A stretch of 64,000 nucleotides of DNA from an uncultured Chloroflexia bacterium (GCA_963746845.1 CAVVCZ010000004.1:1280001-1344000); one strand, 5' to 3'; positions 18,510-28,903 are shown, counted from the stretch's first letter. The notes: a model not told the origin generated them from the sequence alone. Translations and numbers: made by a program.

Positions 18510-20245
18510 CCGTCATCCCGTTCCTCGTCGTGGCCGCGGCGGCGGGGACCGCGTCGCTCCTGGCCCGTCACCTCCGTGGCTGGTCGACCGCGATCGCGGT
18601 CTTCGGGCTGCTCGTGATGATCGGCACGTCCACGGCCATGGGCTCGAACGCGTCGATCGAGATCGGCGGGTCGCGGCTGGCGTCGTCGGACTGGCTTCGG
18701 CTCTATGCGATCCTCGGCTCCATCGTCGGGCTGCTCCTCGTGCTGGTCGACGTCACCGCGGTCCACGAGCCGGATGCGCCGGGGGTGATCGTCCTCGGGC
18801 TGGGAGCGGCCGTCCTGGCCCTCGCGTTGACCGATCCCGGGATCGCCGTGCTCGCGGCCACGACCGGTGGGCTGGCCGGCGTGCTGGTCGCGGCCCCCGT
18901 CGGCGCGGCGGCTCGTGCGGCCTTCGTCGGGACCCGGGAGCTCCGGGCGCTGGCGGTCGCCGGAACCCTCGCGATCCTCGCGACCGCGTGGCTCGCACGG
19001 CCGCTCGGCGACCTCGTCTCGGTCCCGGCGGTGTTCGGCGCCGCGTACCTCGCCTTCGCGACGGCCGTCGCCATCCGCTTCGGCGCGATCCCGTTCCATC
19101 TGTGGGCAGCCCGCGTCGCCGACGCCGCGCCGGGGGTCGCCCTGCCGCTCCTCATGGCCTGGGGGCCGGCCGCCTTCGCCGCGGTTGCGCTCGTCTGGAT
19201 CGACCAGTCGGTCGCACCGCTCGTCCTGCCGTTCGGCACCGAGCGGACGCTGATCGCCGCCGTCGGCGCCGCGAGCGTCGTGCTCGGACTCGTGGCCGCG
19301 CTGGTCCAGGACGACCTCGAGCACATCGTCGGCTACACGATCGTCGCCGACGCGGGCTACATCGTCCTCGGCCTCGCCGTCCTCGACCCCGCGATCTGGG
19401 AGCCCGTCCGGACCTGGATCCTGATCTTCGTCGTCGCCCGGAGCGCCCTCGCCGCGTGGGTCGTCGCGCTGCAGGGCGGGTTCGCGTCCCGCCGGCTGCC
19501 CGAGCTCGCCGGCTGGGCCCGGCGGACCCCGCTCCTCGTCGTCGGCCTGGTGGGGATCGCGGTCGCGACGATCGGCTGGCCGGGGCTGTCCGCCTGGGAA
19601 GCGCGGGCCGCGATCGCCGACCTGTCACTGCCGAATGTCCTCGCGGTCATCGTGACGATCGCCCCGGTCGCCGGTCTCGCGGTCTACGGACGGATCCTCG
19701 CCGTCGGGCTCCAGCCGGCAGGGACCACGGTCCGGACCGGCCGCGGCGAGCGCCCGTCATGGCCGGCGCCCTGGCCGCATCGACCGATGGTCGGGCAGAG
19801 CACGCTCGAGCGGGCGTTCGAGAAGACCGGCCACGCGCTGAGCGGCGCGCTGGACGTGCTGTGGACTCTGCCCGCGGCGGCTCGCCGCAACCGGATGGGT
19901 CTGGCGTCGGTCGCCGTGTTCGTCCTGGCGGTGCTCTCGCTATCGGTGTCGGGTGGCGGGCTGGGGGTGCCGGCCGCCGCGGCCGCGGTGCCGGTGATCG
20001 TCGAACCCGGCCCGGGTCAGCCAACCGAGCCGCAGCCGTCGCTCGGGACCGAGCCGAGCGCATCCGGGGACACCGGGCCCGGAGCGTCGGACGCCGTCAG
20101 CTTCGAGCCGGTCGGGTCCGAGCCCGCGGAGTCGGCGCCGGTCGCATCCCCGCCGACCGCGTCCGCGCCGGCAGCGTCCGCACCGACGGCATCGGCGCCG
20201 GCCGCCGGGGAGCCCGGCGGGCCGTCGGGTTCCGTCGCGCCCTGA
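18506..20245 (+). CDS. Proton-conducting membrane transporter-like subunit (NuoN/MrpD/HyfF family), divergent
   Basis: AIRFGAIPFHLW...DAAP, ALVQDDLEHIVGYTIVADAGYI, LAGWARRTP, IGWPGL; Pro/Ala/Ser-rich tail. Confidence 0.75.
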   Translation: MTVIPFLVVAAAAGTASLLARHLRGWSTAIAVFGLLVMIGTSTAMGSNASIEIGGSRLASSDWLRLYAILGSIVGLLLVLVDVTAVHEPDAPGVIVLGLGAAVLALALTDPGIAVLAATTGGLAGVLVAAPVGAAARAAFVGTRELRALAVAGTLAILATAWLARPLGDLVSVPAVFGAAYLAFATAVAIRFGAIPFHLWAARVADAAPGVALPLLMAWGPAAFAAVALVWIDQSVAPLVLPFGTERTLIAAVGAASVVLGLVAALVQDDLEHIVGYTIVADAGYIVLGLAVLDPAIWEPVRTWILIFVVARSALAAWVVALQGGFASRRLPELAGWARRTPLLVVGLVGIAVATIGWPGLSAWEARAAIADLSLPNVLAVIVTIAPVAGLAVYGRILAVGLQPAGTTVRTGRGERPSWPAPWPHRPMVGQSTLERAFEKTGHALSGALDVLWTLPAAARRNRMGLASVAVFVLAVLSLSVSGGGLGVPAAAAAVPVIVEPGPGQPTEPQPSLGTEPSASGDTGPGASDAVSFEPVGSEPAESAPVASPPTASAPAASAPTASAPAAGEPGGPSGSVAP

Positions 20246-20269
20246 TCGGGCGGGCAGGCGCGGCGCCCG

Positions 20270-20731
20270 TCAATCCTCCGGCGCGAGCACCCAGCGATCC
20301 ACGTCGCGGGCGTAGTCGAGCAGCTCGTCCGGCCGGAACCACAGCGCGATCTCGGCAGTCGCGGTCGCGGCGCCGTCCGACGCGTGGACGAGGTTCTGCG
20401 CGGTCTCGAGCGCGAAGTCGCCGCGGATCGAGCCGGGCGCCGCCTCGTGCGGGCGGGTCGCCCCGTTCATCGCCCGGACGCTTGCGATCGCGTCCGGACC
20501 CTCGAGGACGGCCGCGACGAGCGGCGCGCTCGTGATGAAGTCGACGAGCCCGCGGAAGAACGGCTTCTCGCGGTGGACCGCGTAGTGCCGCTCGGCCAGG
20601 TCGCGCGACACCTGGATCAGCTTCAGACCGACGAGCTTCAGCCCGCGATCCTCGTAGCGGGCCAGGATGCGGCCGGCGAGCAGGCGCTGGACCCCGTCGG
20701 GCTTGATCAGGACGAGTGTGCGTTCGTTCAC
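20270..20731 (-). CDS. ndk: Nucleoside-diphosphate kinase
   Basis: ERTLVLIKPDGVQR, GSIRGDF, NLVHASD. Confidence 0.97.
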   Translation of the reverse strand: MNERTLVLIKPDGVQRLLAGRILARYEDRGLKLVGLKLIQVSRDLAERHYAVHREKPFFRGLVDFITSAPLVAAVLEGPDAIASVRAMNGATRPHEAAPGSIRGDFALETAQNLVHASDGAATATAEIALWFRPDELLDYARDVDRWVLAPED

Positions 20732-20841
20732 GGGCAGGACTACCTGTGTGCGGTGAGGATTGACGCGTGAACGGTAGCAGCGGATCGGCCGGCGCACGGA
20801 GCCCGGCCCGGGCTCCGAATCGACGAAGGTGGGCGCTCCGG

Positions 20842-21756
20842 TCAGGCCGAGCGGCGGGCGCTCCGATTCCCGAGGGCCAGCACGCCGCCGAGGAGGACCC
20901 AGCCGAGGCCGTTGAGGAAGACGCCGGTCAGGGCGATCGTCGACCAGACCTCGCCGTATGGCTCGGAGTCGACCAGCCCGAGGCGGTCGTCGCCGGTCCA
21001 GGCGACGCTCGACCCGAGCAGGGCGATCGCACCCAGTCGCGTCGCGACGCCCCGCCAGCGGGGCATCCCCTGCCACGCCGCGCCGATCCTCAACATCGCC
21101 GCGCCGTACACGGCGGCCGAGAGCCAGAGCGCGCCATTCGACCAGAAGTTGATGGCCCCGAACGTCCCCGAGAACGGACTCTCGACCCACAGCGCGAGCA
21201 CGAGGCAGGTGACGTATGCCACCGCGCTGAACACCACGGCTCCGGTCGTCACGAGCGCGAGCGACCGCGCGACACGCGCCTGCCGGCCGTGAAACGCGAT
21301 CGCGACAGCCGCGCCGCCGAGGGCGAACGTGATCAGCCGGATCATGTTCGCGGCCTGCGTCTCGAACGGGTTGAACGAGAGGAACGCCCAGAGCAGGAGG
21401 ATCCCACCGGCCAGGCCGGCCAGGCCGAGGAGTCGCATCGTCCGTGTCGGCTCGAACGTCGCCAGGGATTGGGCCACGGTTCCGTCCTCGCTGAGGTGCT
21501 CGCCGAGCGCGTTGGTCGCCAGATCGAGCACGGTCCGGATCCAGAGGACGGTGATCCCGGGCGTCCCGTTGGCCACCCGCGCATCGCGCAGCTGGTCGCC
21601 GAACAGGACGGTCATCTCGTCCGCGTAGCGCGCCCGGAACTGGCGGGGATAGGCACGGAGCAGGCCGGCGAAGACGCGCTCGCTCCGCCCGGCGCGGGCC
21701 TCGGGGGCGCGGCCGCCATCGGCTTCGATGTGCCCGGGAGCACGCGCGACGCCCAC
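20842..21756 (-). CDS. PadR-associated membrane protein
   Basis: LLRAYPRQFRARYADEM N-terminal motif followed by about 6 TM segments; directly downstream of the PadR gene. Confidence 0.75.
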   Translation of the reverse strand: MGVARAPGHIEADGGRAPEARAGRSERVFAGLLRAYPRQFRARYADEMTVLFGDQLRDARVANGTPGITVLWIRTVLDLATNALGEHLSEDGTVAQSLATFEPTRTMRLLGLAGLAGGILLLWAFLSFNPFETQAANMIRLITFALGGAAVAIAFHGRQARVARSLALVTTGAVVFSAVAYVTCLVLALWVESPFSGTFGAINFWSNGALWLSAAVYGAAMLRIGAAWQGMPRWRGVATRLGAIALLGSSVAWTGDDRLGLVDSEPYGEVWSTIALTGVFLNGLGWVLLGGVLALGNRSARRSA

Positions 21757-21758
21757 GG

Positions 21759-22145
21759 TCAGGCCGTCGCCGGTCGAGTGAGCGAATGGAACCGGTCGGG
21801 GTCCAGCGCCCATCCGCGAGTCGACGAGACCAGTGCATCGAGTCGGCGGACCTCGGCCGCCGCGACCGTTCGTCCCAGGGCGGTGAGCCGGTAGTAGCGC
21901 CGACGCTGGTCGTCGAGATCGGGGTCGGGACGCTCGTCGCTCTCCTCGATCAGGCCGTCCGCGTGCAGGCGCTTGATCGTCGTGTAGATCGCGCCCGGCC
22001 CGAGCTTCACGGCGCCGCCGGTGATCCGCCGGACCTCGTGCATGATCGCGTAGCCGTGGCGCTCCTCGGGCCCGATGGCCAGCAGGACGTACACGGCAAC
22101 ACGCGAGAGGGGTGGGGTCGACGGCTGCTGGCGGGTTGTGGTCAC
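21759..22145 (-). CDS. PadR-family transcriptional regulator
   Basis: ERHGYAIM, GPGAIYTTIKRL, RRRYYRLT. Confidence 0.93.
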   Translation of the reverse strand: MTTTRQQPSTPPLSRVAVYVLLAIGPEERHGYAIMHEVRRITGGAVKLGPGAIYTTIKRLHADGLIEESDERPDPDLDDQRRRYYRLTALGRTVAAAEVRRLDALVSSTRGWALDPDRFHSLTRPATA

Positions 22146-22151
22146 GGCCCG

Positions 22152-22179
22152 ACTATATCTATTTCAGATGCATTGTCAA
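22152..22179 (-). promoter_or_regulatory. PadR gene promoter with overlapping palindrome
   Basis: TTGACA-16 nt-TATAGT, 6 nt before GTG; ATCT-N5-AGAT inverted repeat in the spacer. Confidence 0.7.
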
Positions 22180-23294
22180 GGGATAGAGTCGGATCCCGGC
22201 GGCTCGTCGTGCGGTTCGGTGATCAGGGGCGCATCCGGATCGTGCATTGGCGGGCCCAGCTCGAGCACCCCCTCGTTCGACTCGGGTGCGTCGTCATGGG
22301 GCTCGACCACGGCCGTTGTGGGGCTGGAGGGCCGCTCCGACACGCCGGTCGCGGCGGCCGTTCGGTCGCGCAACGCGTCGACGTCCCGGCCGACGATCTC
22401 CTCGGCGTCGCCGCGGACGAGGAGGAGGATCGGCTCGCTCCGCCCGGACAGGAGGTCGAGCACGGCCGGCGCCAGCTCCGGCGCCGAGCGCAGGGCGAGG
22501 ATCAGGCCGGTCGCGGCCTCCGCGGTCTGACCATCGTCGAGGGCCGCCCGGGCGCGATGGAAGAGCTCGACCGGCTCGACCTCGGCGGCGTCGGCCGCCA
22601 GTGCCGCACCCGGCTCGTGGTCCCACAGGCCGGGCCCCGCCTCGAACGCCGCCGGCAGGGCGGGGTCGATCGGCGCGTACGGCGTGGCATTGCCGTTCGC
22701 CAGCGCCTGGTCCGAGGTCCGGCGTGCGAAGTCGGGCGACGGGGTGATCGGGCTCGGGTGGAGGTGGTCGAACAGGACACCGACCGGGCCGACCGTCGTG
22801 CCCGGATCGGACGGCCAGATCGAGCTCCGGCGCATCCCCGCGAAGACCGGATCGAGGGACCCGTCGGCGCGCTCCATCGCCCGGCCGGCGAGCCGCCGGG
22901 CCTCGCCCGGCCGGCCGAGGTCGGCCTGCGCCTCCGCCGCCACGACGAGGGCGAGGACGTCGTCCGGGTTGCCCTCGAGGAACGCGGCGGCGGCCTCGCC
23001 GGCACCGGTCGTATCGCCGGTCCGCCAGCGGGCCTCCGCGAGATCGCGGATCCCGTCGTCGTCGAGCTCGTCGCGGCCGGCCAGCGTCTCCAGCTCCGCG
23101 CGCGCGAGGCCGAGCAGCCCCAGACGCAGGTGCGCGCGGGCCAGGATCAGGTTGGCGTCGCGGGCGCTGATCCCGTGGTGGACCGTGGCTTCCCGAGCGG
23201 CGTCGTTGCCGGCCTGCGCCTCGCCGCCCTCGGTCGACCCGTTCGTGGGCGCTTCCGCGATCGGCGCCATGGTCGGCTCCTCTGACGGTGTCAC
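22176..23294 (-). CDS. Hypothetical TPR-like helical-repeat protein
   Basis: LARAHLRLG, LAEARWRTG, AAEAQADLG repeats; GTG overlaps the M16 stop (alternative ATG 23270). Confidence 0.65.
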   Translation of the reverse strand: MTPSEEPTMAPIAEAPTNGSTEGGEAQAGNDAAREATVHHGISARDANLILARAHLRLGLLGLARAELETLAGRDELDDDGIRDLAEARWRTGDTTGAGEAAAAFLEGNPDDVLALVVAAEAQADLGRPGEARRLAGRAMERADGSLDPVFAGMRRSSIWPSDPGTTVGPVGVLFDHLHPSPITPSPDFARRTSDQALANGNATPYAPIDPALPAAFEAGPGLWDHEPGAALAADAAEVEPVELFHRARAALDDGQTAEAATGLILALRSAPELAPAVLDLLSGRSEPILLLVRGDAEEIVGRDVDALRDRTAAATGVSERPSSPTTAVVEPHDDAPESNEGVLELGPPMHDPDAPLITEPHDEPPGSDSIP

Positions 23295-24562
23295 GCGGGC
23301 AGCCTCAGGCGCCGCTCGAGGCCGCGCAGGTGACGCGCCGGCGCGACGACCGCGAGCCGCAGCCCCTCGTCGACGAGCAGCTCGCCGGCCAGCCGCTGGA
23401 CGTCCGCTGCCTGGACACCGGCCACCGCCTCCAACGCCTCGTCGAGTGTCAGGACCCGATCGTGCAGGGCCTCCTGGCCGCCGACCCACGACGCGAGATG
23501 GCGCGTCTCCTCCATCCGCAGCTCGAGACCGCCGGACAGGTAGGCCTTGGTCTTGGCCAGCTCCTCGTCCGGGACCGGCTCGTCGCGGAAACGGGCCAGC
23601 TCGGCGAGCATCGCGGCCAGCGCGGCGGGCAGGCGTTCGGGATCCACGCCGGCCGAGATCTCGAGCGAGCCGGCATCTGCATAGTCGACGAGCCCGGACG
23701 ACACGTCGTAGGCGAGCCCCTGGGCCTCGCGGACCGACAGGAACAGCCGGCTCGACATCCCGTCGCCGAGCACGGCGTTGAGGACGGCGAGGATCCACGC
23801 GTCCGGGTGGTCGCGGCGGAGGGCCGGGACGCCGACGATCAGCTGGGCCTGGCTTGCGTCCCGTCGCGAGCGCAGGATCGCCCGCTCGCCGGCCGGCAGG
23901 GCCGGCGCAGGTGCGAAACCGGGCACGACGCCGTTGCCGGTCCCGAATGCGGTGCCCGCCAGGTCGACCGCCTCGTCGTGGAGCAGGTCGCCGGCGATCG
24001 CCACGACCGTGTTCGCCGGGCGGTACATCGTCCGCCAGAACGAACGGATCGTCGCGGCCGGGAGGGCCCGGATTCCCTCCTCGTCGCCGCAGATCTCGCG
24101 ACCCAGCGCCCCATCCCCGAACATCGCCTGCTGGAACAGGATCTGGGCATGCTCGGCGGGGTCGTCCAGGTACGAGCGGATCTCCTCCACGATGACGGCC
24201 CGCTCGCCGTCGATCTCGGCTTCGTCGAGGTTCGGCCGGACGATCAGCTCGCCGAGGACGTCCATCGCCCGGCGCGCCTCGCGCCGCGGGACGCGGACCC
24301 AGTAGACCGTGGACTCCCGATCCGTGGCCGCGTTGAACGACCCGCCGACGCCCTCGATCGCCTCGGAGATCGCGCGCGTCGAGGGGAACCGCTGGGTCCC
24401 CTTGAACGTGATGTGCTCCATGAAATGGGCGACCCCGGTCTCCTCGGGCGTCTCGAGGCGCGAACCCGCCAGGACGTACGCCGCGATGGAGACCGAACGG
24501 GCGCCCGGGAGCCTGGCGCTGATCACGCGCGGCCCGCTCGGCAGCGCGGTTCGTTCGAACAT
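23291..24562 (-). CDS. M16 family zinc peptidase
   Basis: GVAHFMEHITFKGT (HxxEH), NAATDRE, LGDGMSSRLF, GLAY. Confidence 0.94.
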   Translation of the reverse strand: MFERTALPSGPRVISARLPGARSVSIAAYVLAGSRLETPEETGVAHFMEHITFKGTQRFPSTRAISEAIEGVGGSFNAATDRESTVYWVRVPRREARRAMDVLGELIVRPNLDEAEIDGERAVIVEEIRSYLDDPAEHAQILFQQAMFGDGALGREICGDEEGIRALPAATIRSFWRTMYRPANTVVAIAGDLLHDEAVDLAGTAFGTGNGVVPGFAPAPALPAGERAILRSRRDASQAQLIVGVPALRRDHPDAWILAVLNAVLGDGMSSRLFLSVREAQGLAYDVSSGLVDYADAGSLEISAGVDPERLPAALAAMLAELARFRDEPVPDEELAKTKAYLSGGLELRMEETRHLASWVGGQEALHDRVLTLDEALEAVAGVQAADVQRLAGELLVDEGLRLAVVAPARHLRGLERRLRLPA

Positions 24563-24805
24563 CGCGGCCGATGGTACAGGACGACCCCCGGACTCCAGAC
24601 GGTGGCCGCTCACGGTTTGGCGTCGCAACCGATTCGCCACCGCGAATCGAGCGGGAACGGTCACCCGCCGGCCGGTGCGGGGGCTATCCTTCCGTCCTGA
24701 CCGAGCGGAACCGGGACCCGCCAGGTCGCCCCGAGCACGCGCGTGCCCGTCATGGCCGCGCGGTCCGATCGAGCGCGATTCCATGCGGTGAGGAGGAGGG
24801 TCCTG

Positions 24806-26080
24806 ATGGTCAGCACACGGCTGCGGCTCGCGAGCCTGGTCGCGGCGGCGGCGATCGCCGTCGGCGCGTGCGGCTCGTCGACGCCAGCTGCAAGCGGCAG
24901 CGCCGCCGCCGGCGGCGGTGGCAACGACTGTACGGCGGGCTCCGCCCAGGGTGGCGCGAACCTCCAGATCCCCGACGTCGTCGCGGGCAAGTTCAACGTC
25001 GCGATGGTCCTGATCGGACCGCATGACGACGGCGGCTGGAGCCAGGCCCACTACGAGGGTCTGCAGTACCTCTGCCAGAACCTCGCCGGCTCGCACGTCG
25101 CGTACATCGAGCTCGTGCCCGAGGGCGCGGACTCCGAGCAGGTCTTCCGCAGCCTCGCCCGGAAGGGCTTCAACTTCATCATCGGGACGTCGTTCGGCTA
25201 CATGGACCCGATGAACACGGTCGCGACCGAGTTCCCGGACGCGACGTTCCTCCACCTCACGGGCTACAAGTCGAACGGCAAGAACTTCGGCAACTTCTTC
25301 GGCGCGGTCGAGGATTTCAAGTACCTCGCCGGGATGCTTGCCGGGTCGCGGGCGAAGAAGGACGGCGTCCCGAAGGTCGGGTACATGGCGACGTTCCCCA
25401 TCCCCGAGGAGATCCGGCTGGGCAACGCGATCGCCCGCGGCGTGGCGGTCACCTGTCCCGAATGCAAGATCGACGTCCGCTTCATCAACACCTGGCACGA
25501 TCCGCAGAAGGAGCGTGACGGGGCCGCGTCGCTGTTCGACGCCGGCGCCGACGTCGTCTTCACGGGGGCGGACACGCCGGCCGTCGCCGACGTGGCCAAG
25601 GAGAAGGGCAAGTGGGCGGTCACCTACGACCACCCGTCGTCGTGCGCGGGCAAGGACGCCTGCCTCACCGCCCCGTACTGGATCTGGGGACCCGAATACA
25701 CCCGGATCGGCCAGCAGGTGAAGGACAAGAAGTACACCGCCGGCTACGAGTACTTCGACGCCGACTCCAAGGCGATGGGCCTGTACGGCTTCATGGACGG
25801 GCAGACGCCCCAGAAGGGCATCACGGATCTCCCCCAGGCCGACGTCGACAAGGTCAAGTCCACCCTCGCCACGATGCTCGGCAGCAGCACCGGCCGCTTC
25901 GACATCGTCTTCGCCGGGCCGATCAAGGACAACACCGGCAAGGAGCTCCTGCCCTCGGGGCAGAAGCTCAAGCAGCCGGACCTCGACCAGTTCCCGCCCG
26001 GAGCGCCCGGGTCGGAGTGCTCGGTCTGCATGTACTGGTGGAACGAGAACATCACCGCTCCGCTCCCGCCGAAGTCCTAG
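24806..26080 (+). CDS. BMP-family ABC transporter substrate-binding lipoprotein (purine/nucleoside type)
   Basis: Lipobox VGAC, DDGGWSQAHYEG, IIGTSFGY, FINTWHDP; AGGAGG RBS. Confidence 0.9.
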   Translation: MVSTRLRLASLVAAAAIAVGACGSSTPAASGSAAAGGGGNDCTAGSAQGGANLQIPDVVAGKFNVAMVLIGPHDDGGWSQAHYEGLQYLCQNLAGSHVAYIELVPEGADSEQVFRSLARKGFNFIIGTSFGYMDPMNTVATEFPDATFLHLTGYKSNGKNFGNFFGAVEDFKYLAGMLAGSRAKKDGVPKVGYMATFPIPEEIRLGNAIARGVAVTCPECKIDVRFINTWHDPQKERDGAASLFDAGADVVFTGADTPAVADVAKEKGKWAVTYDHPSSCAGKDACLTAPYWIWGPEYTRIGQQVKDKKYTAGYEYFDADSKAMGLYGFMDGQTPQKGITDLPQADVDKVKSTLATMLGSSTGRFDIVFAGPIKDNTGKELLPSGQKLKQPDLDQFPPGAPGSECSVCMYWWNENITAPLPPKS

Positions 26081-26141
26081 GCACCAGGTCGACGGCCCGC
26101 GGGCACCCGCCCGCGGGCCGCGCCATTTCGAGACGCGATCG

Positions 26142-27749
26142 ATGACCCCATCCGGCACCGCCCCATCGGGCGCCGAGCCGCTCGCGATCGAGGCCCGCGG
26201 GATCGTCAAGCGATTCCCCGGGGTCCTCGCCAACGACGCGGTCGACTTCGATCTGCGCCGCGGCGAGGTCCATGCCCTGCTCGGCGAGAACGGCGCGGGC
26301 AAGAGCACCCTGATGAACATCCTCGCCGGCCTCTACCGCCCGGACTCCGGGGAGATCCGGGTCGAGGGCGCGGCCGTGGACTTCGGGTCACCGCGAGACG
26401 CGATCGCGGCCGGGCTCGGGATGGTCCACCAGCACTTCACGCTCGTCCCGTCGCAGACGGTCACCGAGAACATCCTGCTCGGGCTCGACCGGCCGCGCTT
26501 CCTCCTCCACGAGCGAACCTCCGAGGCCGAGATCGGCCAGCTCGCCGAGCGGTTCGGCATGCGCGTCCATCCCGGCGCCCGGATCTGGCAGCTCTCGGTC
26601 GGCGAGCAGCAGCGGGTCGAGATCCTGAAGATGCTCTATCGCGGCGCCCGGATCCTGATCATGGACGAGCCGACGGCCGTGCTTGCCCCGCAGGAGGCGG
26701 ACGAGCTGTTCGCGACGCTCCGATCGATGACCGCCGACGGCCGGAGCGTGGTCTTCATCAGCCACAAGCTCGGCGAGGTGGTCTCGATCGCGGACCGGAT
26801 CACGGTCATGCGTCGGGGCAAGGTCACGGCCGCGGGCGTCCCGGCCGCCGGCGCGACGAAGGCCGACCTCGCCCGTCTGATGGTCGGCCGGAGCGTCCTC
26901 GAGACCCTCGATCGGACGCCGTTCGCGCCCGGGCCGGTCGTCCTCGCGGTCCAGGGTGTGTCGGCCGAGAACGACCGGGGCCTGCCGGCGCTGCGCGACG
27001 TCTCGCTCGACGTCCGGGCGGGCGAGATCGTCGGCATCGCGGCGGTCGCCGGCAACGGCCAGAGCGAGCTCGCCGAGGTCGTGACCGGTCTGCGTCCGTG
27101 CCAGGGCGAGGTCCTGGTCGGCGGCCGGTCCGTGGCGAACCAGTCGGCCGGCACGGCCATGAAACGGGGTGTCGCGCACGTGCCGGAGGACCGGGCGTCG
27201 GTCGGGAGCGCGCCGAACCTGTCGCTCACCGACAACCTGATCATGAAGCGCTACCGCGACGCGCCGGTGGCCCGGGGTCTGCTCGTCGATGACGACACCG
27301 CCCGCTCGATCGCGACCGACCTCCGGGACGCGTACAAGATCGCGTCGCCCACGATCGACACCCAGGTCCGGCTCCTGTCCGGTGGGAACCTCCAGCGGGC
27401 GATCCTCGCCCGCGAGATCGAGACGAAGCCGGAGATGCTCGTCGCGGTCCAGCCGACGCGCGGCCTCGACGTCGGCGCGATCGAGACGGTCCACCGGCTG
27501 TTGCTCGACCTTCGCTCGAAGGGCGCGGCGATCCTCCTGATCTCCGAGGAGCTCGACGAGATCCTCGCGCTCGCCGACCGGGTCGATGTGATGTACGAGG
27601 GCCGCATCGTCGGCTCGTTCCCGAGCGACGAGGCCGAGATCGGCCGGATCGGGCTGCTGATGACGGGCGGCGACGACGACGACGAGGACGGAGCGGGCGG
27701 AAGCGGGCTGCACGAGGGAGCGGCGGGCGACGCCATGGATCTCGCATGA
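26142..27749 (+). CDS. ABC transporter ATP-binding protein (two NBDs)
   Basis: GENGAGKST, LSVGEQQRVEI, LSGGNLQ, QPTRGLD. Confidence 0.95.
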   Translation: MTPSGTAPSGAEPLAIEARGIVKRFPGVLANDAVDFDLRRGEVHALLGENGAGKSTLMNILAGLYRPDSGEIRVEGAAVDFGSPRDAIAAGLGMVHQHFTLVPSQTVTENILLGLDRPRFLLHERTSEAEIGQLAERFGMRVHPGARIWQLSVGEQQRVEILKMLYRGARILIMDEPTAVLAPQEADELFATLRSMTADGRSVVFISHKLGEVVSIADRITVMRRGKVTAAGVPAAGATKADLARLMVGRSVLETLDRTPFAPGPVVLAVQGVSAENDRGLPALRDVSLDVRAGEIVGIAAVAGNGQSELAEVVTGLRPCQGEVLVGGRSVANQSAGTAMKRGVAHVPEDRASVGSAPNLSLTDNLIMKRYRDAPVARGLLVDDDTARSIATDLRDAYKIASPTIDTQVRLLSGGNLQRAILAREIETKPEMLVAVQPTRGLDVGAIETVHRLLLDLRSKGAAILLISEELDEILALADRVDVMYEGRIVGSFPSDEAEIGRIGLLMTGGDDDDEDGAGGSGLHEGAAGDAMDLA

Positions 27750-28903
27750 CGATCCGTCTCGAGCCCCGGACGACCGTCTCGCGCTGGCTGTCGCCCGCGC
27801 TGACCGTCGGGGCCGTGGCGGTCGCGCTCGTGATCTCGGGCGCGATCATCGCGATCGTCGGCGGCGACCCGATCGCCTCGTACGTTCACATCCTCAACGC
27901 GTCGTTCGGGAGCGTCGGCGTCCTGTCCGACACGCTCGTCAAGGCGACGCCGCTGATCCTGACCGGCCTCGCGTGCGCGCTCGCGTTCCGGATGCGGCTC
28001 TGGAACATCGGCGCCGAGGGCCAGTTCCTCCTCGGGGCGTGGGGCGCGAGCGCGGTCGTGCTGTTCCCGCTCGTGCCGGCCGGGACGCCGGGCATCGTCC
28101 TGATCCCGCTGATGATGCTGGCCGGGATGATCGCCGGCGGGCTGTGGGGCCTGATCCCGGGAATCCTCAAGGCGGCACTCGGCGTGAACGAGATCATCGT
28201 CACGCTGATGCTCAACTACATCGCCCTCTTCTGGATCCAGTTCTGGGTCTTCGGGGCGTGGAGCGAGTCCGGCTTCCAGCAGACGAAGCCGTTCCCGAAG
28301 GAGTCGTGGCTGCCGCGCCTCACGGACCTCGCGAGCCTCAACCCGGCCCTCGGCGGGCTGACCGTCCACCTCGGGTTCATCTTCGGGCTCGTCGCGGCCG
28401 GGATCATGTGGCTTTTCCTCGAGCGCTCCCGATACGGCTACGAGATCCGCCTGATCGGCGACAGCCCGCGGGCCGCGCGATATGCCGGCATCAACATCGG
28501 CAAGCGGATCATCGTGGTCTTCGCGATCTCGGGCGCGCTCGCCGGGCTGGCCGGGATGAGCGAGGTCAACGGCGCCGTTCATCGGTTGCAGGACCACATC
28601 TCGCCCGGCTACGGCTTCACCGCGATCATCGTCGCGTACCTCGCGAAGTTCCGGCCGGGTCGGGTGGTCGTCGCGTCGATCCTGTTCGGCGCCCTGATCC
28701 TGGCGGGCCGCGAGATCCAGCCGTCCGGCGTCCCGGCGATGATCCAGGGGATCATCCTGTTCACGCTGATCGTCGCGGACGTCCTCGTGCGCAACCGCAT
28801 CCGGATCGAACGTCGGGTCCCGACCTCAGCGGCGCCGGCCCCTCCCCTTCCGCCGGTCGCGACCGCCCCGCCCGGCCCGGCCGCCCCCGAGGCGAGCGTC
28901 TGA
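27746..28903 (+). CDS. ABC transporter permease
   Basis: WNIGAEGQ, VNEIIVTLMLNY, GYGFTAIIVA. Confidence 0.93.
   Translation: MTIRLEPRTTVSRWLSPALTVGAVAVALVISGAIIAIVGGDPIASYVHILNASFGSVGVLSDTLVKATPLILTGLACALAFRMRLWNIGAEGQFLLGAWGASAVVLFPLVPAGTPGIVLIPLMMLAGMIAGGLWGLIPGILKAALGVNEIIVTLMLNYIALFWIQFWVFGAWSESGFQQTKPFPKESWLPRLTDLASLNPALGGLTVHLGFIFGLVAAGIMWLFLERSRYGYEIRLIGDSPRAARYAGINIGKRIIVVFAISGALAGLAGMSEVNGAVHRLQDHISPGYGFTAIIVAYLAKFRPGRVVVASILFGALILAGREIQPSGVPAMIQGIILFTLIVADVLVRNRIRIERRVPTSAAPAPPLPPVATAPPGPAAPEASV

Noticed and set aside
14762-19324. 1520-aa minus-strand ORF and many other long overlapping ORFs
   Set aside because: Arg/Gly/Pro-rich shadow frames, expected in very high-GC DNA; they overlap well-supported genes
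20100-20225. Repeats at the 3' end of the antiporter-like gene
   Set aside because: Encode a low-complexity Pro/Ala/Ser tail, not a DNA element
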